From positions 3,617,058 to 3,681,057 of the forward strand of contig MU053487.1 in NCBI GenBank assembly GCA_013239625.1: a stretch of 64,000 bases of DNA, read 5' to 3'. The notes under the pieces are model-generated. The model ran no database searches and was not told the origin of the DNA. It saw only the letters and a list, made by a program, of their open reading frames with translations. Origin of the DNA: Lama guanicoe (Eukaryota). Both the position numbers and the translations under genes were made by a program. How positions within the stretch are numbered: position 1 is the stretch's first letter; the number at the start of each line of letters is the position of its first letter. Shown one piece after another: positions 12,521 to 25,252 of this stretch.

Positions 12521-14689
12521 GGAGGCATCTTTACCTTTTTGAACAGAAGTGGTATCTCCTTCAGGAATGTGTGAGAGTGTGGGTGTGTGAGTGGAAGAGA
12601 AATAAGAGGTATGTGTGGTTCTCAAAGAGACAACGGTCAGAGCCGCTATTCTGAGCCCAGAGAGCTGGAACGGGGTCCCTGGACTTCAGGTAGTCCGTCT
12701 CCACGGTTCTGTACACGGCTTGAACTGAAGGCTCTGGTTGCCCAGAAACAGATTGTGGACTTTGAAACAAAAGACCTGATTTGTTTTTTGGTTTGGTTTG
12801 GTTTGGTTTTTGGTTCTGTTCTGTTCTATTTTGCTTTTTTTTTGGTCAGACATTTCCTCCCCAGGGCTGCTGTGGTAGAGAAGAGGGGAGGGAGCTGGTG
12901 AGTGAGTCCACACCTAGGGAACCTCTGAGCCTCCCCAGCTCCTGTCCCTCTCCGGTGTTCACAGTTTCCTAAAATTAGAAACATCGCAGAAACACAAAGA
13001 GGATGTGGGGTCAGCAGCCCCAGTTGATTCAAGCCTCCCCCTAGTGCCGTGCAGATCAAATGCCCAACTCCTTGGGGCCTCAGTTTCCCCATCTCTGAGA
13101 GAAGAGCCTGGAGATTATGAAATTCTCTAACATTCAACAAGAATGTCTCCGGAAGGGAGGAAGGAAACCCACAGCCCCACAGGAATCCGAGGAAGGACTC
13201 TGCTTGGGGCTACCTCCCTCATCTCTGTGTCCAAACGCTGACAGGAGTCCTGGGGGTCCCCAGCTGGCAAAACGCCTATCAGCCCCCCCACCCCCACCCC
13301 CTGCACACTCCTGAGAGAAGAAGGTGAGCAAAGGTGTCAGGCCTGACAAGAGAATTCAGAAGACTTTGTAGGGAAATTGGCTTTTTTCACTGGAAGTCAA
13401 TGCTTCGGGCCAGGAAATGCTCAGAACCGGCAGCGACTGACAAAAGCTGCCTCTTGTCTGCGAGTGTACCAGCTTTTGAAGAGATAAGAGGCAGGGGCTG
13501 GAGTGCAGGCTTCGTGAACACTGACAGGGGAACAGAAGAGCTGCCTCCCACTCTCACCACTCAGAGCATCCAGGCTGCCAGGGCGGGGACGTCAACCCCG
13601 CCAGCCCCTCGCTGCTCCCACGGGGTGGGGTGGCCAGGAGACAGGCCCAGGACAAGGAGTGAGCTGCCTCGCGCCTGGAAGTGGCAGTGGCTGTTGCTGG
13701 GGTCCCTAGGGGGTGGGTCTGCGGCCCTGGCATCTCGAATGTGCACTGTGGGAGTGTGGAGCTGCTCTAGACTCATCTGTCTGGTGGAGGCAGCCTTGTA
13801 ATTTTCTGAGAGGTGCAGAGAACAGGATCCCTGGTTCCGCTATACTGGAAAGGAGTTTTGGGGACCAGATCAGCCACACTTCCCAGGGAAGTGTTTTCAT
13901 TTGTTTGTTTGTTTGTTTTTTAATCAGTTCAGTAGAGTCTGACTCTGTGAAGAAGTTTAGGAATATCTTAAATTATTAGTTTTGCTCACATACTCTTTCT
14001 TAGTATTCATATAAGTGATAAATAATTCATGTCTAAAGAAATCTAAAAGAGCTATTTCAGTAAGTACAGAATTAAAATTCTAATTGATAAAAAAACCCAA
14101 GAACATACAATGAAAATATCATTGATTTACCATTTCATCATATTAAAAAAATATTAAAATCTCTGACGTCTAAGCATGGGTGATGATGTGGATAAGCAGG
14201 AACCTTCTGCACTGCTGGTGTGACTGGGTTTGACCACTTAGGATTATATACAACCTTTTTTAATACTAAAAATTTGAAACAAGATAAATGTTCACTAATT
14301 GGAAGTGGTTTATAAAATTGTGGAATGGTCATAAGGTGAAAATAACTAATAGTTAAAATAAATGATGAGTTCACAAATTAATGTTGGATGAAAAAGACAC
14401 AGAAAGATACATGAAATATTATGCCACTCACGCAATTTTTACAAAATATCCAAGAAATCATATACGATTCATTAAACAAATTTATAGAAACCCAGCAAGA
14501 ATATATATATGCTCTAAATGTATGAATGTGGTTGCCTCCGGGAAGGGGGTGGGGGAAGAGAACTGGGTTGGGAAGGGATACAAGGGGCACTTCACCTCAT
14601 CCTTAATGTTTGAATTCTTTCAAGAATAAAGGAAGAGATCTGAAGCATATGTGATGGCGAAGCTTTGTTAAACAATTACAGTACTCCAG

Positions 14690-14882
14690 GCTCAGGTCTG
14701 AGTCTTTGATTCGCTCCCTTATTATTCCCAACAATACTATAGGGTGGTACAATTACCATCCCTTTCTTCAGAAGAGAAAGATGAGACATGCAGAGGTTAG
14801 ATAGCTCAGCCAAGGTCCCGCTGTGGGCAGAGTCTGGATTTGAAGCCAGGCAGCTTGGCTCCAGGGCCCTGCCCTTAACCAC
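14690..14882. mobile_element. MIR SINE
   Basis: CAGAGGTTAGATAGCTCAGCCAAGGTC...GGATTTGAAGCCAGGCAG...CTTAACCAC. Confidence 0.65.
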
Positions 14883-16386
14883 GAAAGACCTGGCATTTGT
14901 TATTCAGAGAACTGGGTAAATGGGGTTTGTCTGTGGAACTGTTCTTTGTGCTTTTCTCTATTTTCACTTTGGAATGAAAATTAGAAATAAAGAAATTCTA
15001 TCCAAACCAAACTAAACCAACCAACCAAGAGTTAAGTGAGAGGAGAGAGTGAGGCTAGATCACTGCTCAGCCAAGGTTTCCTGGGAAGTGGAGGCGGTGG
15101 GGGGTGGAATGGGAGGGAGATCTGGGGAGGAGGGAGAAGGCTTGTGAGCTTTAAGATGGGGGACACAGAACATTTGCAGGCTGATGGGAAAAATGATACC
15201 CATGATGAAGAGGAAGCGATAACTATACGGGAGATGAGGACGCATGTGCTCCAGGGAACTGACTGAGGAGCAGACACGGAGAGTATGCTCATAGAGGTAG
15301 GGGGAGACGTCTGTTTGCCAGCAGGAAGATGTCTGATAACTTTCCTCTCTCAATGAAGTGTAACAGGATGTTAAATTGTAAGTGTTGATTGAGGCACTAA
15401 AATAATGGATCTGATATGCTACAGGGAGGTGCTAGACCAGGATGCAGATTTTTGAAGAAATAGTTACATGACTTTTAAACTCCACCCACACTGAGGGATG
15501 AAGGAGTAAGGTTGTCAGGATGACGGTGGAAGGATTTCTGAGGCTGGTTCTTTGATTGGGGGGCGGTGGCTGGAGTGGACTGAGACAGTGTACAGGGACC
15601 CGTCCCCACCTCCACTGGAGAGGTGTTGTGGGTGGGGAGCCTGCCTTTTATCTGAACCCTGTGAGGAAGATTTTAAGAGGTCAACTTTGGGACCCCTGCA
15701 CATGGGAGATGCCACGGCTGGTGTCTGACTCCCACCTGGGACATTAAACAGCTAAGGATGAGCTGCCCTAGTTGTTGGCAGAGAGGCTGAAGGAGAGGTG
15801 GCTCTTTGTGATAGAGATGCCTTTCCAGAACTTGTCAGGATAAAAGACCTGTGACTGTTCCCATGCATAAGATATGAGCTATGAGAGAGAGACTGAATGT
15901 ATCAGGGCCCCTCAGCAGACAGCCCTGGAGGTGGACTCCCTGAGGGTTTCTCAGGGCTGTGGAAGGAAGTGAGGGGGCAGATGAGCTGAAGAAGAGCAGG
16001 GGACTCCGAACAAAGGAACTGCAGGTGAGACATTCCAGGAACCAGAGCTTTTAGATGAATTCACAGACCTCCCAGAGAGTCATCTTTAAATGTTGGCAAG
16101 GCTCAGAAAGCAGGAGAATTTTCTAGTTCCCTTCTCTCTCCAGCCCCCAAACCCTGTTGGAGTCAGACACAGCATCTAGAAGAGCGGCAGCAGGCAAATG
16201 AGTGAGAAAGCAATTAACACGCCCTTCCCGGGGAACTGGCGGCCCGCTGCAGCCCGCCTCGGCCTGATGGAGGGGGAGGAACCAGAACTTCCAACGAAGT
16301 TGGAAGCTTTGGCTATTACCTAGTAGCACTACCATGCTAAATATCAAATCAACTGTGTTTGGGGACTTAAAGTGACCAATGGACTT

Positions 16387-16480
16387 CCTTTTTTTTTTTA
16401 ATGGAGGTACTGGGGATTGAACCCAGGACCTCATGCATGCAAAGTGCACACTCTACCACTGAGCTACTCCTACCCCTTGT
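16387..16480 (-). mobile_element. tRNA-Ala-derived SINE (camelid Vic-type) with poly(A) tail and 11-bp TSD
   Basis: GTAGCTCAGTGGTAGAG (A box) ... GGTTCAATCCCC (B box) ... A-tail; flanked by CCAATGGACTT at 16376-16386 and 16481-16491. Confidence 0.85.
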
Positions 16481-16562
16481 CCAATGGACTTATTATGTAA
16501 GAGTCATCAGAAAAGTTATGGGGCAATCCAAGATCTCATTCAGAAGAATTACAACTTGTATC

Positions 16563-17452
16563 CCAGAGAAGAAATGCAGTTGGCCAGCAGACACAAAAAG
16601 ATGCTCAACATCACTAATATCAAGGAAATGCAAATAAAAACCACAATGAAACGTCACTTCATACCTATCAGAATGGCTATCATCAAAAAGAACACAGATA
16701 ACAAATACTGGCAAGCAGGTAGAGAAAAGGGAACCCTCCTACACTGTTGGTGGGAATGTAAATTGGTGCAGCCACTGTGGAAAACAGTATGGAGATTTCT
16801 CAAAAAACTCAAAATAGAACTACCATATGACTCAGCAATTCCACTCCTGGGTATATATCTGAAAAAACAAAAACACGAATTTGAAAAGATACATTCACCC
16901 CAATGTTCATAATGGCATTATTTACGATCGCCAAGATATAGAAGCAACCTAAGTATCCATCAACAGATGAATGGATAAAGAAAATGTTGTATGTAGATAC
17001 AATGGAATACTACTCAGCCATAAAAAGGAATGAAATTTTGCCACTTGCAGCAACATGGATGGACTTGAAGGGTGTTCTGCTAAGTGCAATAAGTCAGAAA
17101 GAGAAAGACAAATACTGTAAGGTATCACTTGTATATGGAATCTAAAAAAACACAACAAACTAGTGAATATAATAAAAGAGAAAAACAGATATACAGAACA
17201 AACTAGGGGTTACCAGTGGGGAGAGGGAAGGGGGAGAGGCAACCTAGGGGTAGGGGATTAAGAGGTACAAACTATTATGTATAAAATAAGCTACAAGGAT
17301 ATATTGTAGAACACGGGGAATATAGTCAATATTTCACAATAACTATAAATGGAGTACAGCCTTTAAAAATTGTGAATCACTATATTGCACACCCATAACA
17401 TGTTATATTATACATCAACTATACTTCAATAAAAATCAATAAATAAAAATTT
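16563..17452 (+). mobile_element. 5'-truncated LINE-1 (ORF2 C-terminus, 3' UTR, A-rich tail)
   Basis: [30 protein letters not shown] is the L1 ORF2 C-terminal motif; typical 3' UTR and AATAAA. Confidence 0.92.
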
Positions 17453-18209
17453 AAGGAACAGTGAATGACAAAGATGAAGTTGCATCACTGAATAGAGAAG
17501 TAAGAGTTGGAAACATAGACTGAGAATGAAAGAGTGAGAGAAGTCACGGGTTGGGAGTGTTGGAGGTTTGAGAAGCAAGAAGGAGGCACAAAAACATCAT
17601 TTTTGGTGGGTAGGAAAATGAACTTTCTAGGGAAATGGACAGTATTTAGAGCCCATCTAAGGTTTGTGGTTATGGAATTGAAGTGAGACCAGCAACTATC
17701 TGGAGCAGGAGTGGAGAGAGTAGAAATTTGGGGTTAACTGGAGTAGTTTAAGGTTTTACTGAACACGTGGGATGCTGAGAGAAGGTGGCAAAAGATTCGA
17801 AAGTGTTGGGAAGCATGTGACTATCAAGATAGACCATGACATCAAAGTGGGTAAGGAGAGACTGAGAGTGATGGGAAATCAAAGGCTGGAAGACCTACAG
17901 CATTTGAAGAATTATTTAGGTGGAATTAATAAAGTAAGCATACTGGAGGCGGGTAGTTGAAAAATTATAAGACTGATGTTGTTAATAGTGATGACAAATT
18001 TCAGGACACGACGGCCGAGGGGGTCATGAATCAAGGGTGGAGGATATGCTCATTTGATCTGAGAAACCTGTATACTGGACAAATCACTCTGGAAGTGAAG
18101 TCAGGAATAGGGTTGCCGACAGTGAGTGAAGGGCCATGGCATTCACGAATGGCAGAGAGTAACCTCAGACGGTCCCTGCTGATGATACTCCAGAGCCCAG
18201 TGGAGTGGT

Positions 18210-18370
18210 CACTGGGGCCAGGGTGAGGCAAAAAAAGATGTCAGGGTGAAAAATTTAAGGAGGCACTCAGTCTCAGGTTCATGTAAGTGCAAGATCAGCG
18301 CTTGAGATGGAGTGTTTCCTGAAATTCTGTGCCCCAGGCACCTTGCTTGGGGACCCTAGTTCCCGCCCTG
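18210..18370. mobile_element. MER91-like hAT DNA transposon remnant
   Basis: AGGGTGAGGCAA...AAAATTTAAGGAGGCACTCA...CCCTAGTTCCCGCCCTG with imperfect inverted ends. Confidence 0.55.
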
Positions 18371-18539
18371 GTAGACAGAACCAGAGCGGAAGGCACAAAC
18401 CCTGCAAGAGGGGAGGAGGTAAGCTTACTCCTCTGCACTGATCTGGAAAATGTCTAACTTACCGTGTGTGGGCTCCTTGAGCAGGGCCTCTGCTTCAGGG
18501 CACTCTATGATGACTGTGGGCACTCAGGGAGGACGTGTT

Positions 18540-20580
18540 GCTGGATCTAACTAGGAAACATCTCGTCTGGTCCAGGATAGCTCAAGATTCTCAGACCATA
18601 TACTCTGAGTATCTGCTCTGGTGAGCTCCGGCTGTGGCACCTTCAGGATCTACTGCAATGTCCCTGCGGAAGCTGTGTTCTTCCTGTTTGTGCTTCTCCC
18701 ATCCATGACTAATGACGGTGGGGGGACATGAGCTGGGCCATTCTTGCCCAACAAAGAGTCCTCCACTGGGCAGTCTTTATTCTGGGACTCCCCACCGACT
18801 TGGCTGTGACTTTCTCCAAGAGGCACTCTAGCCTGAGGTTCTCCCTCTCTAATCTTCCTTCCTTCCCTTCTCTCTTTTCAAGATGGCAGATCTGCATCAC
18901 AGTCTGAGTCTCTCCCTGCCAACTCCTCCTTTCATTCTTCATAAATGTTTGCCCCAGTCAATCTCTTGCACATCTAGTTCTGACCTGACATCAGCTCTTG
19001 GAGGACCAGAATGGACACAGTGGTCCTTTCCCCATCATGGCAGGGTGCTGAGGGCGTAGTTTGTCTTAGTCTGTAGATTCCCTAGAGAGAGATCCAGGGA
19101 GGGGTTTTGAGGACTGGTTGCTGTAGGATATGTTTCAGCTGGCAGGGCAAAGACATCTAGAAGTGCTCTCTATTATTCTTGAAGAGATCCCAGACCAGAG
19201 AGGTTTAGAACTTTGTAAAACGTGGTGCAGGCTCTGTCCAAAGACAGGGTAGTGGTTGAGTTAGGTGGATGGCAGTCCATGCATAGGATACCACTGGAAT
19301 GAAGCCACCAGTTTGACTCCTTATCTTTCTGAGTTCAGTGGAGAACTCTGGCTGCTCATTGATTTCCTTTATAGGGTGGGCAACAAAGGGGAAGCCAGGG
19401 AGTTTCTCCCATAGTCCTCTGCTGCTCTGCGTGGCACAAGCCAAGCTCCCTGTTAACTGATGGCCACTTAGTGTAAGGCTATGTGCCAGGAAAAGGCACC
19501 ATGACAGCTTCTGGGTCAAGTCCCAATCTGGAGAGTCTTGTTGCAAATTGTGGAACGCCACAGTAACCCAATACAGTAAACTGATGGAAAAGGGGGCTGT
19601 AGGAGGTTATGGACTTGTCAAGAATATTGTCAGTTTACGAGACACAGTGAGAAACTGAAACGCAAGCTTGTAATTAAACTTTTATTCATTATAGAGCAGT
19701 TTTGAAGGGGAGGCAAGGATCCACTTGGTCCCAAGGCTGTTGTCACCAAAATAAAACCTTCAACAGTGATTTGAGAGGGTGGGAAGAGGAGCCTTAACTG
19801 TCTCATCAGTCAGAAGCAAGTCGGTGATAGGTAACGAGCTAGAAGGGGAGATGACAGTATCACTTCTGGGTGGGACCCTTTGCATACCCCACATAACCTA
19901 GGGGAAATGATCCCCTTCCTGCAGAACTTTGCCCAGGAGCCATGGATAGCAAGTCTGCAGATAGGCTGATGGGCACGTGGACAGCATGAGGAAACAGCTT
20001 CCTAATTCTGAAGAGGGGGATACCTGAGAGTTTGTCTTAGTTTGTATTCCCCCAAATCAGGAGCTGAGACAAGGATTTGGGAGCAGGTAGTTTATTTCAG
20101 AGGTGATGCCAGGAGGCAAAAGTAAAGAAGCAGAGAGAGAATTAGCTAAGGAGGGGAGAAACTCCTCAAAAGCTGGTTAGTGCTGTAGGCAACTGGGCAG
20201 GAAAGGGTTAAGGTGAGCCCAGAAAGTCACCTAGGGTACAAAAGGTAAGGGGTATTTACTCCCAGGGTTGTGAAAAACTGGCCCAACAATGGGGGCTCAA
20301 CTTCCTATGGATTCTCAGAGAAACTTGACTCAGAATTGTTCCTCCATGGCATGGGAGGCTAGGGTATTTATGGATCTTTCAACTCGTGTCTTGTGTTGGT
20401 TGAGGACTGTCAAGGATGTCAACATCTCCCCTTCCCTCTGTACTTCTGGGCTGCTGTGCCTGTGTAAGGAAAAGCTCAGTGGCTTTAGAGAAAGCCCTGT
20501 GACAAAAAACTACTTAGTTCTATCCAAAGTCAGATGAGGCCAGGAATGTGGCATGAGGCACCAGCAGTATCTGCTATAGG
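18540..20580. mobile_element. Cluster of old ERVL-type LTR remnants (LTR16/LTR33-like)
   Basis: TGTCTTAGTTTG...CTGAGACAAGGATTTGG...GTAGTTTATTT...GAGGTGATGCCAGG at about 20030; related ends near 19000-19070. Confidence 0.5.
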
Positions 20581-22618
20581 ACCCAACAGTAGGATCCAAG
20601 CATGGCCTCCCATAGTGGATTTTGGAAGAACTAGCCTCCATCCTGACCACCAAAGTGCTGGTCGTGTCCAGGGAGGGCCCCGCATGTGTTAGATGCTCCT
20701 TTGCTTGTGAAGCACAGTGTTACCCACCCAACACTTCTATACATACTCAATGCGGGAGGGGCACAGCATTGCCCGGTGTGAGGACTACCCTGGGACAATG
20801 TGTGGCAGGATGGGTTCTCTAATTTTCCCCCCTTTTATTTTTCTGCTTCTTCCAGTGGGCAGAGAGGAAATTTTTTTTTATCTCCATTAAACCTCTTTGG
20901 TGGGTTTGGCAGGGCAGAAATCTTTATTCCCATTGTATAGACAAGGAAGGTTGTTCAGAGAGGTCGTAACATGTGAGCAAGAGAAGGTCTGGAATCAAAG
21001 TGGGACTTTCTGCCCTCATCCAGAGCTCGGTCCAGAGCACCGTACTGTTAACCGATGAGTTGAGTGTTTCTGTGCGGCTCATTTGCAGACAGCTTCAGCT
21101 ACCACGTGGTTCTGAGGCTCCCTGTTCTAACTACAAGAAGCATCATTATTCAGCAGGCGCACACACATGCCTTTATATTGCTTTATAATTTGATTAAATC
21201 TGTAAGCAAGAGCAGCCACATTTCTAATAATCAATTAACTCAGGTCTGGTCAGGAAGAAAAATGAGTCCTCTTCATGCATACCCCTTTAGAATTTGTTAT
21301 CTTTGTACAATGAATCATATTGACCAAATTTTATTGTGGTTGTTGGCTTTCTTGTCAGAACTGGTCTTTTAAAGGGGTCAACAGTAGACCCGAACTTCCT
21401 TGGTACAGATTCGATGCCCACAGGCAAATCCTGCCTTCCTCTGCCTGAACTCACTTGGATGATGATTCATCTGGGGCTTCTCAGGAGAACACACTTCAGA
21501 CATATTTCCACTTCAGGGAAAGCATGATCGATTTCCTGGAGACAGAGCGTAGTGCTGATATCTGGGTCCTAGGGAGCATTTATTTGGAGGAAAAGAACTT
21601 GGACCTGTCATCAGAGATGAAGATGGAAGCTGGCACCCTAGTCCATGCTGTAGGGGTTCTATCTGAGCAGACTTAGTGACTTTTAGTCAATGTGCAAGAA
21701 AGACTCAAAAATCCATAGTTTAGGTTCCCCTTTTGCACCAACTTCAACTTCTCTGTAATTTATTACTGTTGCCAGAGGGATCTTTACAAAGCATGAATTT
21801 TTGCCAGCCCAGCCTCCTTTCATTTGTTAACGGTGCATTAACATTTTTTGTGTGTGTGGTGGGGTGGACAGCTACAGAGGGGTGGGAAGAGGCAATTGAC
21901 TGCAGTCCTGCTGGAGCTGTCAATCAAAATGCCCCTCCCTTTTCTTGCTAGAGCTAGGCCAATCAGATGCTCTTTCCTTGGACCCTGAATCCTAACTGGA
22001 CACCCTCAAGGAAAAAAGAGGGAACAACTGGTTCTGGATCTATGAAGAGATTGTCTGTTGGCTGCTGTACTTGCTGATTGCTCAGCATTTAATTCCATTC
22101 TGAGCTTCCCCATAGCCTTCAAGTAAATTCTTTTTATGCTGGAATGGGTTTCTGTTGCTTATAACCAAATAACACCTGCTGACACAGAAACTGATACATG
22201 GAGACTGGTATTACTGTTAATAGAGCTTAAAGTGTGGCATTGGCCAAGATGAGATGGGGTCAGACACTGAGAATCTCCTATCCCCAGGTCTGAATTTTGA
22301 AATTCCTATTATGCTTTTATCTGTAGTCTATTATATCTAGAGACTCGGACCCCCTACTTCTTGCAGCAGGAGTTGAAGGACCTTGATAGAAAAACCTCTA
22401 GAATTTTGTGAGGTGTGGGCTACTTCTTGCAGACTTAGTAAAGACACACACAAAAAGACAAACTTGGCCTAAACGGGCCCATATGAAAGCAGAAAGGGAG
22501 GCCTTTTCTGCCTATGACCAGCAACCCGAGATCTTATAGTCATGCCTTGAAGAATGTGAAAAAAGCAAATTTCTTTCCCAAGCTAATATTGGTGGAGAAA
22601 AGACAGGGAGGTTGGAGA

Positions 22619-22815
22619 CAGTGGTGTGCTGGAGACAGCTTGTACTGACTCGAGTCAACGTCTCTTCCCAGTTCTGCCTTCAGAGATGTCACATCAGTAG
22701 CTTGACATGGGCCATGGTGGGAGTATTTACATCAGAAAAATCAGAAAGTGCTACAAATCAGGGATTTCCTTTTTTCTCCTGAAGAGCTAATTGTTAAACA
22801 TTTACCAGCATACTG
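22619..22815. mobile_element. MER63-like hAT DNA transposon remnant
   Basis: CAGTGGTGTGCTGG...CCAGCATACTG inverted termini. Confidence 0.6.
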
Positions 22816-23479
22816 ATTATTCTAATAGAATACAGACTGGGGTAGGCGCAGGTGAGCTGTGCCTCTATACTCAAGCCAGCTGTTTTTCAATAATATCTAT
22901 AGATGGTGGCTGCCTGAGGCCAGAAGGCAGGCAATTCACCTGAGGGGTGAAGGAGGGCAAAACGTCTATCGCTAAAAGCCAGTAATATCCAGTCCTAATT
23001 TTGATCGAAGGACCATAACCCAACAAGATCTATTGAGTTGGTACAATGCTAGAGCTAGAAATCATGCTAGTGTTTTAAGGGAGTTGTATGGCCAGAGAAA
23101 TTTCAGTCCAGGGAGATAATGGCCCATGACTGCTCAAACCTGAAGACAGTTTCCAGGGCTCACTGATAACCAATGGCAAGTGCAGTAAGCTGTCCATTCC
23201 TCTGAAGAAATTTCTTCCCAGGGCTCCTGTCTCATGAGAGAGTAGAACAGTGGATGAGGAATTCTCCCAGAAGCAGGACCAAGATATCTTTCCACTGTCA
23301 AGGCAAGCAGTCCGTGCTCCAGGGTATCCTGTGGACTAGCACTTCTGAATGTGTTTTCCTTTTCTAAATAGAGATATTTTTTGAAGTTAGTATGTTTTAT
23401 CTTCTACTGTCATCTATGGGATGGCTAACTGTTGGGTACTGGGCCATGAGGGAGCTACCTTTGGACTGATTAAGAAGAA

Positions 23480-24040
23480 AGAATTTAACTCATTGAATGA
23501 ATATTGTGGATTTACTTTGACACTGTTCTAGGTGCTGGGGATACATTTGTGAGCAAGCAGAGTCCTTGCCCTCACAGAGCTTACCTTCTAGTGGGGAAGA
23601 CAGGCAATGAGCAAGTACCTATGTGACATCCCAGAGGGTGATCAGTGCTAGATGTGGCTGGTCATTACATAGGTTGGTCCGGGAATAACTGAAGAAAGTA
23701 TAGGAGTGAGTTGTGTGGATGTAACAGCTGAGGGAAAAGCAAGTTCCATGGGCCTTTGCCCTGAGGCAAGACGTGCCTGGTGTATTTAAGGAGCAGCAAG
23801 GAGGGCAGTGTGGCTGAGGTACAGAGAGTTGGGGAGAGATGAGGAGAGGAGAAAGGGCCAGATTACCCAAAACCATTGTAATGACGTTGACTTGGAGTGT
23901 GTAGAAGCCAAGGGTGGGTTTTGAGCTCTGGCTGGTATTTGCGAGTAGACTGCTGGGGACAAGAGTAGCAATGAGGGACACGTTGGAACTTTATGGAAAT
24001 AACACTGGTGAGAGATGGTGGTTACTTTGATAAAGCTGAT
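23480..24040. mobile_element. LINE-2 fragment
   Basis: CACTGTTCTAGGTGCTGGGGATAC...GCCCTCACAGAGCTTACCTTCTAGTGGGG signature. Confidence 0.65.
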
Positions 24041-24199
24041 AGTTGAAAGTTCCCTTTCTTTCGAATTTTCTCTTCTATTACCCACTACCGAACTCCTCTT
24101 CCTTTTACAACTCAGCTCAGATAATCCAAGTCCAAGGTAGAAATGCTAAAATTCAAAGCAGCAGATGGTAACTACTTCTGTGAAGATGCAGAATCTAAC

Positions 24200-24980
24200 C
24201 TAAGCTATTCAAAATGTTTAACTTGTGAGATGTGACACACACATAGAAACATGCATTAGACATATATGTTTAGCTTAATACATGGTTATAAAGACAACAC
24301 TCAGAAAGAGAACCACCTAGCTGGGAAATTAGAGCATTGCCCAAGACACAGTCACAAAGACATAGTCCTTCCCCCTATCGGTAATCTCCACCCTGACTTT
24401 TATGGACTCACTGTTGCTCTTCTTTATGCATTCCTAAACAATATATTCAACTTTGCCTGTTTTGGGACCTCATAAAATTAAGTAGTATATATAGTTTGGT
24501 GTCTGGCTTCTTTCACTCAATGTTAATATTTCTAAGAAGCATCTAGATGTGTATGAGGCTATAACTCATCCATTCTCATTACTTCATAAAATTACGTTTA
24601 AAAAATGTACCACAATTTATTAATTTATTCTACTGCTGGTGGACATTAGTTTTTTTACTAATTTGGGTCTATTATGAACAATGATGGTAAGAAATCTTGT
24701 TCATGTCTCCCAGAGCATATTAATAAAAATCTCCTCTGAATATTAGACTTTTGCTGGATATAAGTGTTTTATATATTTTATCCATTCTATAAATTTGCAT
24801 TTTCACTCTTTTTGATGATGTATTTTAATGAATTTATTTTCTAAATTTTAATGTAGTTGAGTTTATCAGCCTTTTTTTTACTCCACGATCATGTAGATAG
24901 ATAGTTTTCTGTATTAAAAGCTTTATAGATTTGCCTTTCACATTTAGGTTCACCTGCAATCGATTTTAAGTACAGTTTTA
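24200..24980 (-). mobile_element. Old LINE-1 3' fragment
   Basis: T-rich strand with GTGTCTGGCTTCTTTCACTCAA-type L1M signature. Confidence 0.65.
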
Positions 24981-24989
24981 GGCCATCAT

Positions 24990-25252
24990 TTTCTGCTTCT
25001 GCCTCTGTCTTCACATACTTGTCCTCTCTCTCTTTCTCTGTGTCTTCACACGGCATCCTCTTCTCTGTATGTCTAAGTTCACATTTTCCTCATGTTTTAG
25101 GACACCAGTCATTGGATTAGGACCTACTTTAACCCAGTATGACTGCATCCTACTTTGATTACATCTGCAAAGACTTTATTCCCAATAAGGTCACATTCCC
25201 AGGTACCAAGGGTTAGGAATTATCTTTTGGAGGGACACAATTCAACTCACAA
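24990..25252 (-). mobile_element. MaLR MLT1 LTR fragment
   Basis: GACACCAGTCATTGGATTAGG...ATTACATCTGCAAAGAC...AAGGTCACATTC...GGACACAATTCAAC. Confidence 0.75.

Noticed and set aside
16402..16476. Possible tRNA-Ala gene
   Set aside because: Poly(A) tail, TSD and stem mismatches indicate a retroposed SINE copy, not a functional tRNA
16484..16912. 142-aa ORF
   Set aside because: LINE-1 ORF2 C-terminal remnant, not a host gene
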